A DNA stretch of 63,433 nt, the filler included, from Octopus bimaculoides (lineage: Eukaryota): assembly GCF_001194135.2 (NCBI RefSeq). It is 7 parts of 7 records of this genome, joined end to end, with 100 filler letters (N's around TTAATTAATTAA, not from the genome) between each part and the next. Parts side by side here need not be neighbours in the genome. Positions count along the whole stretch, not along the records: positions 8,086 to 33,560 come from NC_068983.1; positions 33,661 to 51,412 come from NC_068985.1; 5 more parts are not named here. The stretch is one strand, 5' to 3'. Positions 22,866-35,094 of this stretch are shown here, in pieces (position 1 is the stretch's first letter; each line of letters begins with the position of its first letter). A model generated the notes under the pieces. That model did no database searches and was not told the DNA's origin. It saw nothing but the letters and a program-made list of their open reading frames with translations. The translations under genes were made by a program, and so were the position numbers.

Positions 22866-23273
22866 TTCGCCATAACATAGGTTAAACACACATATACAAC
22901 AGGAAAATATATTTATATTTCTTGCATTATATTATATTGTTTTTTTGTTTGTTTTTTTCACTCAGAATTTCAAATAGTTTTCTTTTGCAAGTGTCTTTAT
23001 ATAAATAACTCCTATTTCAGTTTCCTTATTGTAATAAGAAAAGTCACGCGAGAAAGAAAAATAAAAACAAAACACACACACCCATACATAACAAATTGTC
23101 TATTCAGTTATAAATCTTAGGAGCTTCTTTCCTTTCATGCATAGATGTGAATCTATGATTAGAGCTACTTAAGTACTATTTTCTTTGTCACTAAATATTT
23201 TCGATGGTTTATAATTGGCGAAAATATTAGTTTAGATTTTCTTTCATTTTATATCTATTCATGTTCATACATA

Positions 23274-23333
<60 letters not shown>

Positions 23334-23461
23334 CATTACTATTGTTGTAGTTGTTGTCGTCGTTGTTATTACTATTATTATTATCATTGTTAAATTTTTT
23401 TCAATAATGTATTTCTCACTGACTAAATGCAAAGATACAAATTTACAAAATGTTATATTTT

Positions 23462-23508
<47 letters not shown>

Positions 23509-23516
23509 CATATGTG

Positions 23517-23563
<47 letters not shown>

Positions 23564-23619
23564 NNNNNNNNNNNNNNNNNNNNNNNNNNNNNNNNNNNNN
23601 NNNNNNNNNNNTATATATG

Positions 23620-23651
<32 letters not shown>

Positions 23652-23744
23652 CACATACACACAGTATATAATGTGTGTGTAGGTGTGTATATGCATGTGT
23701 GTTTATGTGTGTGTGAGTGGTATGGTGTGTAGCTAGATGTATGT

Positions 23745-23915
23745 GGGTGCAGGCATGGGTGTGCTGCTAAGAAGTTTACTTTTTCAACCTAATTTTCCTG
23801 AGTTCAATCCTACTGCATGGCACCTTGAGTAAATGTCTTCTACTATAGTTCTAGGCTGACCAAGTTTGTGAATGAATTCGATAGATGGAATTTGAACGAA
23901 GCCTGTTGCGTGTTT
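23745..23915 (+). mobile_element. SINE family A 5' half
   Basis: gcaggcatggg..gagttcaatcctactgcatggcaccttg..tcttctactatag. Confidence 0.6.
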
Positions 23916-23934
23916 CTATACACACACAACACAC

Positions 23935-24215
23935 ACATCATCATTGTTTAACATCTGCTTTCCATGCTAGTATGGGTTGGACGATTTAACTGAGGACCGG
24001 CGAACCAGATGGCTGCACCAGGCTCCAATCTGATCTGGCAGAGTTTCTACAGCTGGGTGTCCTTCCTAATGCCAACCACTGCGAGAGTGTAGTGAGTGCT
24101 TTTATGTGCCACCAGCATGGGGGCCAGTCAGGCGGTACTGGTAATGTCCATGCTCAAGTGGTGTATTTTATGTGCCACCTGCGCAGGAGCCAGTCCAGTA
24201 GCACTGTATGTATTA
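23935..24215 (-). mobile_element. RTE tail
   Basis: Matches the tail family. Confidence 0.75.
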
Positions 24216-25079
24216 CATTGATGTCAACAGTCTTTGAGACAAAATCGTGGATGCAGTATTTTTTCTGCCTTAAGCAATTAGTAAGACATGCTTTAGTTCT
24301 TTGAACTATGTACTATCTAACTGATTAAATTCCTGTTGAAAAGATAATACTCTCAGTTCTTTGGCATATACAGGGTATGGCATAAAAGACCTTCCAGGTT
24401 CATGATTCTTCATAAACATTTCAATAACAAACCCACAGTGTGCACCAGTCCAAATGGTGATGGTAACTGACAAAAGAGGATAACCATTATCTACATGCAG
24501 ACGGCTTTAACTTCTGGTTAAGTTCTCCAATGCCACAACAATGTTTAAAAAGTGGGAGATTTCTCTACTTCGCTCTGTGGAAGCATAGCTGACTTCTTTA
24601 CTTAAAGAACCAATATTAGAATCACTCTGCCACATGGTTATCAATTATTTCTCTATATTAAAGTGTATTTAATGTTTATAACATATTAATATGCTTCAGA
24701 CATATTTATTCTGGCTACCAAATAATAACATAAGCATTGTAACTCCAAATATTTTTGGCAGACTAATCACTGCAAACTCCACAACTGTTTTCATTAACTT
24801 TTTGGCTCTCTTGTCAGGTGAGATTGTAAACACCTTTCTTTCCAATCATTGCTTAGAATTATTGATAAACAAACTGTATTATGCAACTGCAAGCATAGAC
24901 TTAACAGATTTTATCAAGATAAAACAGTTTTTGTATATAGCTAACTCTAAAACTGGAATTAGATAGACAATCAGATAGTATTGACTACACATTTACTGAA
25001 AAGAATGCTATAAAATTAAAACTCATAAAATTAGTTGCAGAGGCGTCACCCCTTGGCTTCCTGAAAATATTTGTAATAT

Positions 25080-25695
25080 GCATACCTTTCCTTCATTGGA
25101 CACTAAATTCCGCTTGCGAAGACCTGTTGAGGCAAGTGAAATCGAAATCGAACCAAATTCAACGACTGGCACTCATGCCAATCTTTCCTTCATTGGACAC
25201 TAAACTCGGCTTGCAAAGACCTGTTGGGGCAAGTGAAAGCAAAATCGTGATGGCACCCATACCAGTGGAGCACTAAGAGCACCGTCCAAGTGTGATCATT
25301 ATCAGAGCTGCTGTCTGGCTTCCGTGCCAGTGGCACGTAAATAGAACCATTTGAGCGTGATTGTTACCAGCGTCGCTTTCTTGGCACGTGCAAAGACATT
25401 AGAGCGAGGTCATTGCCAGTGCTGCTGGACTGGCTCCTGTGCAAGTGGCATGTAAAATACACCATTTTGAGCATGGCCATTGCCTGTACCGCCTGACTGG
25501 CCTTCGTGCCAGTGACACGTAGAAGCACCCACTACACTCTCAGAGTGGTTGGTGTTAGGAAGGGCATCCAGCTGTAGCAACTCTGCCAAATCAGATTGGA
25601 GCCTGGTGCAGCCTTCTGGTTTGCCAGTCCTCAGTCAAATCGTCCAACCCATGCTAGCATGAAAAGCGGACGTTAAACGATGATGATGATGATGT
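25080..25695 (+). mobile_element. RTE 3' UTR with multiple tandem subrepeats and a (GAT)n tail
   Basis: Duplicated ctttccttcattggacactaaa..gaagacctgttg.ggcaagtgaaa and several gtggcacgtaaa units. Confidence 0.75.
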
Positions 25696-25844
25696 AATGC
25701 CAATGCTATTTTTTACAGTAACAAACATGTGAATAAACTGAAAATATGAAATATTAGGGTGTCACTGTGGAAGCATACTTTGATCCCCGTGCAGGATGTC
25801 AGGGACTACATGGATACAATAATTATAATCTTGTTTACTTTTAC

Positions 25845-26225
25845 ATGAATGAGGCCATGCTGGGACACTGCTTTGAAGGATTTTAGTGAAACAAAACCGA
25901 TCCTGGGATTTTTTGTTTTAAGCCTGGTACTTATTCTGTCAATTTTTTTTATCTGAACTAAGGATGTAAATAAACCAACACCACCATCAAACAGTGGTGG
26001 GAAACAAATACATACACACACACATACCCATGTATATATACATACATACATACATGCACATACATGACACACTTCTTTCAGTTTCCATCTACGAAATACA
26101 CTCACAAGGCTTTAGTTGCACCAAGGTCATAGTTGAAGACACTTACCCAAGGTGTCACACAGTGGGACTGAACCCAGAACCATGTGGTTGGGAAGCAAAT
26201 TTCTTACTACTCAGTTACACCTGCA
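25845..26225 (-). mobile_element. SINE family A
   Basis: tRNA-like head at about 26150-26225, central (CA/TA)n, and a tail with gaataagtaccaggct. Confidence 0.7.
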
Positions 26226-26520
26226 TCAATAATTTAACTTTTATTAAAAAAATTCCTTGAAGCTCACAAGAAAAGTATTTATCTTAAAACTAAATTAAAT
26301 AAAACAACTTCCTCATTTGCATATTTGCAATAAATATGTTATTATTTTCCTAAATTTTACGAGCACCATCACAATCTACTATTTTGAGAACCTGTCTCTG
26401 TAAAATTTTATAAGGTAAAAAAAGGGTGTTTTTCACAAATTATTATCACCTGTCATCAAACCTTATATGTGCACTCATCCTGCCCCTCTTATTTTACTAC
26501 TCTTTGTATCTTTCTTTCAC

Positions 26521-26558
<38 letters not shown>

Positions 26559-26884
26559 GTAAAATGTGACTGGATAAGTCAACCAACCAACCAGCCAACC
26601 AACGTTTACATCAGTTATTATTATATAGAGTTGATTTTACATACTGAAATATCTAAAATATTTTGCTTGCTTTGGCCAATTCATTTGCAGATCAATGCTA
26701 TTGATCAAAGAGCAGATCTTTGATCTATGTGATAGCTCTGATAATTACACATTGAAGCAGAAAACTAATGTGTGTGGGGCAGGGTTATAGTTTAGGCAGC
26801 TAAATTTAATGTAGACTATACATCCACACTTATATATATATATATATAATGTACATATACATATAGGTTTGTATATAGGCACAG

Positions 26885-27060
26885 ATATGGGTATGTAGTT
26901 AAAAACCTCACTTTGTAGCTATCTAGTTTCAGGTTCAATTCCACTGTGTGGCACATTGGGCAAGTGTCCTCTACTAAAGCTACTACAGCCCCAGGCCAAC
27001 AAATGCCACATGGGTGAATCTGATAGATAGGAACTGTGTAGAACCCATCTTGTGTGTGTA

Positions 27061-27098
<38 letters not shown>

Positions 27099-27300
27099 CT
27101 CTCTCCTTTCTGCTGCCTTATAATTGGTGTTGGTTTCTTTATGCCCCTGTAACTTAGCAGTTTGGCAAAAGACACTAACAGAATAAATGCCAGACTTCAA
27201 AGTAAATACTGAGGGTAGCTTGTATGATTAAAAACTTAGATGTGGTGCTCCAGCATGGCTTATGGCTATCGTCCAATGACTGAAAGAAGTAAAAGAGGAT
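26885..27300 (+). mobile_element. SINE family A
   Basis: ggttcaattccactgtgtggcacattgggcaagtgtc...ggtgctccagcatggc..aatgactgaaa. Confidence 0.7.
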
Positions 27301-27574
27301 AAAGACATATAGCAGTATAGTTAAGAGGGAAAATAGGTTGGGAAACACTGGCCTACAGGTTTCTGCTGAATAAAAAAATGTAGCTGGGAATCTGAGAAGG
27401 TTGCATATCTAACACAGAGAGGATGTGGATTTCTAGCTCAGGGAATTGAGAGGTTGTAGAAGCATCATCATCATCGTCATCATCCTTTAACGTTTGTTGT
27501 CCATATATTATTTATATTATTATATGATTGAATGCCATGCATCCTTTTTATAGTAAGTTTTATATATATATGTA

Positions 27575-27755
27575 TGTGTGTGTGTCTGTGTTTGTCCCCC
27601 ACCATCACTTGACAACAGATGTTGGTGTTAAGTCCCCTTAACTTAGCTGTTCAGCCAAAGAGACTGATTGAATAAGTCCTAGTGTCGATTTGTTCGATTA
27701 AAAGCAGTGCTCCAGCATGACCATATTCAAATGCTTTAAACAAGTAAAGGAATAA
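27575..27755 (+). mobile_element. SINE family A 3' half
   Basis: gtttgtcccccaccatcacttgacaac..gtgctccagcatg. Confidence 0.65.
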
Positions 27756-27814
27756 ATGAACGTCTTCCATCAAAATTTCATGTTAATTTATGTTCTAAAC
27801 ACCAGACTAACAAT

Positions 27815-28262
27815 CGTTTCTGCTATAGACACAAGGCTCAAAATTTTGGAGGGTGGGGGCTAATCAATTGCATCGGCCCCAGTGCCCAACAGCTGCTTAT
27901 TTCAGTGACCCTGAAATGATGAAAGGCAAAGTCGACCTTATCCTTGGTGGAATTTGAACCCAGAATGTAAGGATAAACGAAACACTGCTAAGCATTTTGT
28001 TTATTGCGTTGATGAATCTAACAGCTTGCCACCTTAAACACCAGCTTAATTATCCTTTCTGCTATAGGTACGAGGCCTGACATTTGGGGGAGGGGACTAG
28101 TCGATTACATCAACCCCAGTACTTGACTGGTACTTATTTTACTGACACCGAAATGATGAAACGCAAATTCGATCCCAGCAGAATTTGAACTCAGAACATA
28201 GCAATGGGTGAAATACTGCTAAGCATTTTGCCCAACACGCTAACGACTCTGCCAGCTCAACA
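27815..28262 (-). mobile_element. Two tandem SINE family B copies
   Basis: Two heads and tails at about 27815-28035 and 28055-28262. Confidence 0.75.
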
Positions 28263-28264
28263 CC

Positions 28265-28494
28265 TTAACCCTTTCATTACCAACCCAGCTAAAACTGTAT
28301 CTGGCTCTGTAGTACAAATGTTTTGTTTTCATAAGTTCTGAATTAAAATCTTCCACCAAACCTTAGTCACAATTTATGTTCCTAAAACAAGCTTAATTAT
28401 AACGAAGTTATTTTACTAAATTCTTTGTTATATTTAGAATTAATTGAAAGAAACACAGAGCATCTCAACAGAAATATAGTAGCAAAAGGGTTAA
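28265..28494. mobile_element. TTAA-flanked MITE, followed by a second copy at 28511 to about 28705
   Basis: TTAA-CCCTTTCATTACC...GTAGCAAAAGGG-TTAA. Confidence 0.7.
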
Positions 28495-28766
28495 AGTCAC
28501 CGTGATATTTTTAACCCTTTTGTTACCAACCTGGCTGAAACCAGCTCTGGCTCTGTGGTACAAATGTCTTGTTTCCATAAGTTTTGAATTAAAATCTTCC
28601 ACCAAACCTTAGTCACAATCTATGTTCCTAACACTAGCTGAATGTTAATTTAAGTTATTTTACTAAATTCTTTGTTATATTTAAAGTAAATGAGAGAAAT
28701 ACAGTATATATATGTGTATNNNNNNNNNNNNNNNNNNNNNNNNNNNNNNNNNNNNNNNNNNNNNNN

Positions 28767-28801
<35 letters not shown>

Positions 28802-28849
28802 GTGTGTGTCTTTGTATGTATGTGTGTGTATATATATATATATATGTGT

Positions 28850-29315
28850 GTACGAACAGCCATGCTACATGGCAGTGGAACATAGACTGTGACTGCTGAG
28901 GACATGCATAAGCTCGCAAGGAATGCAGCCAGTATGCTCCTCTGGATGTGTAATGTCAATGTGCATACCCATCAGAGTGTAAGTATCTTGAGAGAAAAGC
29001 TGAACATAAGAAGCATCAGTTGTGGTGTGCAAGAGAGATGATTGTGCTGGTATGGACATGTGGTGAGAATGAATGAGGATAGCTGCGTGAAAAAGTGCCA
29101 CACCCTAACAGTTGAGGGAACCCGTGGAAGAGGTAGGCCCAGGAAGACCTGGGCTGAGGTGGTGAGGCAAGACCTTCGAACATTGGGCCTCACCGAGGCG
29201 ATGACTACTGACCGAGACCTTTGGAAATGTGCTGTGCGTGAGAAGACCCGGCAAGCCAAGTGAGATCGTTGCCAGTGCCCCTGGACTGGCTCTTGTGCGG
29301 GTGGCACATAAGATG
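28850..29315 (+). mobile_element. RTE-clade LINE 3' coding end running into the common tail
   Basis: LREKLNIRSI..WYGHVVRMNEDSCVKKCHTLTVEGTRGRGRPRKTWAEVVRQDL..DRDLWK. Confidence 0.9.
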
Positions 29316-30473
29316 NNNNNNNNNNNNNNNNNNNNNNNNNNNNNNNNNNNNNNNNNNNNNNNNNNNNNNNNNNNNNNNNNNNNNNNNNNNNNNNNNNNNN
29401 NNNNNNNNNNNNNNNNNNNNNNNNNNNNNNNNNNNNNNNNNNNNNNNNNNNNNNNNNNNNNNNNNNNNNNNNNNNNNNNNNNNNNNNNNNNNNNNNNNNN
29501 NNNNNNNNNNNNNNNNNNNNNNNNNNNNNNNNNNNNNNNNNNNNNNNNNNNNNNNNNNNNNNNNNNNNNNNNNNNNNNNNNNNNNNNNNNNNNNNNNNNN
29601 NNNNNNNNNNNNNNNNNNNNNNNNNNNNNNNNNNNNNNNNNNNNNNNNNNNNNNNNNNNNNNNNNNNNNNNNNNNNNNNNNNNNNNNNNNNNNNNNNNNN
29701 NNNNNNNNNNNNNNNNNNNNNNNNNNNNNNNNNNNNNNNNNNNNNNNNNNNNNNNNNNNNNNNNNNNNNNNNNNNNNNNNNNNNNNNNNNNNNNNNNNNN
29801 NNNNNNNNNNNNNNNNNNNNNNNNNNNNNNNNNNNNNNNNNNNNNNNNNNNNNNNNNNNNNNNNNNNNNNNNNNNNNNNNNNNNNNNNNNNNNNNNNNNN
29901 NNNNNNNNNNNNNNNNNNNNNNNNNNNNGCCAGATATTTTTCTATATTCTCTGTTATTTTCAAACTTAATTGAAATAACAGTTTATTTCAGCAGAAATAT
30001 GGTAACCAAAGTGTTAAAGAAGAATCAATGAAAAGCTAGGATATTTTTATTTTTGCAGAAGGTTATTTCAAGCAAAAGTAAATGAAGCAAAACCATTTCA
30101 AAAGGGAATCAGAAACCTGATCAAAATCGAAAAATATCAATGAAAGTACAATATATTACAAATTGACCACAACTTTCTGAGAGAGGAAATATCAAATGAA
30201 TCAATTTCCAATACATGTCCAGAACTTGTTTTATTGATCCTTGTGGGATTTTATCATAGGAATAGATTTAAAAACCATATGACATTTGGGTTCTAGCGTT
30301 TTACCATTTCTGCCTCCATCTCCCCTTAAAACAAGAGCAACAACATTATTAGGTTTATCTGTTATGAAGTATTTGTGACCAGGTCACAGAAGTGAGACCA
30401 AAACTTTTTAAGAGTTGGTAGTTCGTAATACTTTTAAGAAATAAACAAAATGGGAATTTTTAAATTTCTGTTC

Positions 30474-30692
30474 TTAACCATTTTGTTACTATATTTCTGA
30501 TGCAATGCATCATCTTTATTGTAATTAATTTTAGAAATACCAAAAAATATATTAAAATAATTCGTCATTATGAAGCTGATTTTTGGAACATGAAATTTTA
30601 ATGAGAAATTTTAATGTAGATTGTTTTAAAATAGAAAGTTTGTACCATAGAACCAGGAGCAGTCATGAACAATTCAGTATCAAAAGAGTTAA
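30474..30692. mobile_element. Diverged TTAA-flanked MITE
   Basis: TTAACCATTTTGTTAC...TCAAAAGAGTTAA, homologous to the 11752 copy. Confidence 0.55.
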
Positions 30693-31019
30693 ATGATTGA
30701 AATGACTCTGAAATGATGCAAATGGCTTCAGTTTCAACACAGTTTCAGGCAAATCATGTCATTTTTAAAACAACGAAATAAGAATTAAAATACCTGTTAT
30801 GGCATTAAGTTAATTTATGTCTTATGTGCCTGTGTATCTTATAGGTAGTTAGCTAAATCCTAGTTATTTCCTCTTGAAGTACATTTTATTCCATTATTAC
30901 AATCAATATGTATCCATAGTTACTGTTATATGTTAATCAAAATACATATTAAAATTGGAGATGTACTTGCATAGCAAGTGACTTGATCTGAGATTGTGTA
31001 CTGAAACAAAAACAATTGC

Positions 31020-31290
31020 AGTGTGGAAGATATTTGTAAGCCATTCAAGAACACACAGAAAATCTGTTAGTTTCACTTCAACATTGAATTTTCATTTGTG
31101 TCAAAATATTTTCGGTACTTTGAAACCGCGACTCGTTCACTGACTGCAGCACCAAGTTTTGTCAGTGGACATGTTGCAGTTTGAAAGTGATGAACATATT
31201 TTGACACAAACGAAAATTAAATGTTGAAGTGAAACTAACAGTTTGTTTTTGTGTGTTCTTGAATGGCTTACAAATATCTTCTATGCTGAT
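31020..31290. repeat. Foldback/MITE with about 85-bp arms
   Basis: 31026-31109 is the reverse complement of 31196-31281 with few mismatches. Inner cactgac/gtcagtg also pair. Confidence 0.8.
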
Positions 31291-31814
31291 ATTAAAATTG
31301 AGAATTGTGAAAATAATATTTGCAGAGTTATCGTTTAACAAAACAGGAAAATGGAAATTTTTTGGTATTATTTATTCTCCATTACATATGTTTCATTTAC
31401 TAATAGGAATTACAAAGATTTACCTAAGAATTTCTTATTAGAAATTAGTCAGATAAAGGGGAAAATATTTTATATTATACAATGATACATTACAGCCCTA
31501 TCTATATACTTGCATATACATGTGTATATGTCTGTACACGTGTCTATAGCTTTCTCTTATCTTTACTAAAGCTATTTGTAACACTCCTGATCAAGATCCA
31601 AATAACCTAACCACTTAGCTGTACACTTTCACAAGGCAGAGGGACACCTAGTCTGCCATAGACACACACACACACACACACAACTCTACAGCTACAGCAA
31701 AACTGTTATTTCCTTATCTAACTAAACATCACTATATCAATGTTCTCAATATCTTAAGATTATTGTCTGGAAAAAATTACTTCTATAAATCCTTACAAGA
31801 ATTTATTACATATA

Positions 31815-32185
31815 GGCACAGGCATGGCTGTGTGGCAATTTTACCTCCCAACCACATGGTTCCAGGTTCAATCCTTCTGCAAAGTACCTTGGGAAACAGT
31901 CTTCTAGTATAGACTCAGACTGGCCAAACCTTTAGGAATGGATTTGGTGGAGAGAAACTAAAGAAACCCCTTCGTGTGTGTGTGCATGTGTGTGTTTGTC
32001 TTCCACTACCATTTCATAACTGTGTTTATGTCCCCATAACTTTGCAGTTTGGTAAAAGAGACCGAAGGAACAAGTACTGAGCTTAAGAAATACAAGTGCT
32101 GGGGTCGATTCATTCGACAAAAAATTCTTCAAGGTGGTGCCCCAGCATGGCCACAGTCAAATGACTGAAACAAGTAAAAGATAAA
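31815..32185 (+). mobile_element. SINE family A
   Basis: ggcacaggcatggctgtgtgg..ggttcaatcc..ggtgcccagcatggccacagtcaaatgactgaaac. Confidence 0.75.
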
Positions 32186-33350
32186 CGATACCCTATAAAT
32201 TAAATTAATTCTTGTATCATCCTGCAACAAAGAAAAAAAGGGGGGAGAAAGCTGTTCACTATTTCCCCAGCCATAGAAAACCTCATCCTTTGGCATTTCT
32301 CCCTGTATATCCACAGTGAGTTACTCCTGAGTGTTTTCATAAACTATATATTTAAAAGGGGATTACATAGAAGATATTCACAGCTAATGGTCCAGTTATG
32401 TAATCTTTTATTCAGAAAACTTCTCTAATGGATTCACCAAATTCATGTGAATTCCTATTAAAGTCTTTCATAATTTTTTTACCTTTAAAATGTCAGTCAT
32501 GACTGATTCGCTATTAAAATTATCAAATATATGATGTTGCAGTTTATATTTATTTATTCATGTTTTATTTTTTTAGTTTAATATTCTTCCTCCCCTTATA
32601 ACTCCACCTTTAGCCCTGCCCCTACCTTGATGTCCATTCTGTTTAATCTTTCATTATGTACTTTCACTTTCATAACCTCTTCTCCACACCATTTATATTT
32701 TCTTTCAACTTCATTATATTAAGAACTCTCAGAAATTGGCATCAATAATAATAAAATAAATAAAAAAAACGTTTGGTTCATCACTTTCAAATTCACAGCA
32801 AGATTATTATCAAAGTGCTGAATAATAAAAAAGGTAAAAACTAAAAAACTAAAAAAATAGTAAAAGACCCCAGTGTTCTGTAGACATATTAGCCATTCAA
32901 CCAGTCAAAAGATTCTTTGTGAAATTCTGGTGGAACCTTTGAAAGCAAATCATTAAATCGGTGTTGGGTTTCAAGAAAAAGCTTCCAGCATTTCAAGAGA
33001 ATTCCCATGAGTCTTGCTAATATATGATTGGAATGTATTTATTAAAAAAAGGTATCGGTGCATTAAAAAGTAAAAGTATCCTTTGACTTGCTTTGTTTTA
33101 TGTTCAGGAGGTTTTTTTTTTGTATTTTTATTACCAATTTTCTGTTTTTGTTATTTATTATTTCGTGTTTTATTTTCATTAGTGCTTGCAAACCTATTTT
33201 TATTACCTTACTTTTTTATGACATACATACATATACATATATAAATATGTATGTGTATATATATATGTGTGTGTATACATACACACATATATATATATAC
33301 ATACACATATATACATACACACATATACATACACACACATATATATATAC

Positions 33351-33381
<31 letters not shown>

Positions 33382-33604
33382 CACATATATACATACACAC
33401 ACACATATATATACTTACACACACCATATATATATGTGTACACACATGTGTATATATATATTTACATGCTCACACACTATATATATATATATACACACAC
33501 ACACACAAACGCATATATATATATATACACATACATACACAGATATATATATATATTTATNNNNNNNNNNNNNNNNNNNNNNNNNNNNNNNNNNNNNNNN
33601 NNNN

Positions 33605-33616
33605 TTAATTAATTAA
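33605..33616. other. Artificial join spacer TTAATTAATTAA
   Basis: Same 12-mer between N runs. Confidence 0.9.
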
Positions 33617-33831
33617 NNNNNNNNNNNNNNNNNNNNNNNNNNNNNNNNNNNNNNNNNNNNATGTATGTATGTATGTATACAAATGTCACTAAATGTGACT
33701 AGGGTGTTAGAAACACTTACATTGCTAGAAATAAGAGCATAAATGCTCTAATGCTGTTGTCAATGCACATCAATGTAAACATATACACTGACAGGGACCT
33801 TAATCGTCCGAAAAAATGCCGATCGTGAATT

Positions 33832-33880
33832 CGTAATACTGACGTCAGTTTCGGCAATTTCCGTTGCCTCATCAGTTAAG
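33832..33880 (-). ncRNA. Type-I hammerhead ribozyme with an intact canonical core
   Basis: UAA-CUGAUGA-GGCAA/CGGAAA/UUGCC-GAAA-CUGACGUCA-GUA-UUA. Stem II is a perfect 5 bp, stem III is the 12-nt palindrome ACUGACGUCAGU, and stem I is short. Confidence 0.75.
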
Positions 33881-33994
33881 ACTGGCTGGAAAGTTCGGCT
33901 CTTTTCAGACTTGCTTTTCTTTTAGTATATATGTTTCCGTCGTATATTTGATTAATGAGAGAGACGGAAGATGGAAGATACGAGAATGTTTATT

Positions 33995-34102
33995 AATCAC
34001 TACAATTGTTTCGACCTATCTAGCATTGATCCCTCACGGGTGGGATACTTAACAACTGATTTAAGAGTATCCGACGGTGTAGATGTATCTCTTCAACTGA
34101 TT
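33995..34102 (-). ncRNA. Degenerate type-I hammerhead motif with a long stem II
   Basis: AAUCAG-UUGAAGA-GA..AUCUA...UAGAU..UC-GAAAC-AAUU-GUA-GUGAUU, with an inner hairpin ggatact..ttaa/ttaagtatcc. Confidence 0.5.
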
Positions 34103-34812
34103 ACAAGATATATCTCGTTAAATAACGGCTGTTCTGCAAGATATCTTCTCGGTTTGTGTATAGAAAAGCAGCAGATAAAGGATACAACTTCATTTTTATA
34201 TAAGATCAATAATTAACAGATGCAAAAACTAACGAATACCCAATACAGTGAAAAAAGTATTAAATATGACCGTTCACAGATATGGATATATAAACGCCCT
34301 TGCTTAGGTTGTGTGGCGCAAGTACACTCGCTCGTATAAACATGCACGAAGACTATAAGTGTAAAGATTTGATTTCCAGTAACCAGAGTTGCTCGTTCCC
34401 GATCATTTACTGGTAAACCGAACCTGGTTTTCTTTTGAACATCCACTGTCAGAATATTTTTTGAAATATGAAGTGCAAGTCTGAAGTAAACGCTTTTCTT
34501 CATGTGCTTTCGTTTAAAAATCTTTGTGAACGACACGTGCGAAAACAGCAGCTTCAGGCACACAATTTTGATTTCATTTCTGGTTTTCGTGGTAATATTA
34601 TTATCTACGTCATAAATTCCATGTAATCGAAGTCGTGAAATTGCATTGCTATTTAAGCAATGTTCTAAAATAATACTTCTAAGTAATATTTTCAATTGAT
34701 ATATATATCAGCGACAGAGTGCTTTTTAAAAATAACAATGAGTATGTATGCGGGGGGTTATTTTGCATGTGCCTGTGCAGGCGCATACATATACACATAT
34801 GTACACTCCTAA

Positions 34813-34858
<46 letters not shown>

Positions 34859-35054
34859 NNNNNNNNNNNNNNNNNNNNNNNNNNNNNNNNNNNNNNNNNN
34901 NNNNNNNNNNNNNNNNNNNNNNNNNNNNNNNNNNNNNNNNNNNNNNNNNNNNNNNNNNGGATATATGTACGTGTGTGTGTGTCTGTGTGTGTGTGTGAGT
35001 GTGTGTGTGTATGTATTTGTCGGTGTATGCATACATACACATGCATACATGTGC

Positions 35055-35094
<40 letters not shown>

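Noticed and set aside
25080-25695. Repeat-spacer pattern resembling a CRISPR array
   Set aside because: The units are degenerate subrepeats of an RTE 3' UTR in a eukaryotic context, the spacers are mutually related, and there are no cas genes.
33840-33847. Perfect CRE site TGACGTCA
   Set aside because: Better explained as the palindromic stem III of the hammerhead. There is no promoter evidence.
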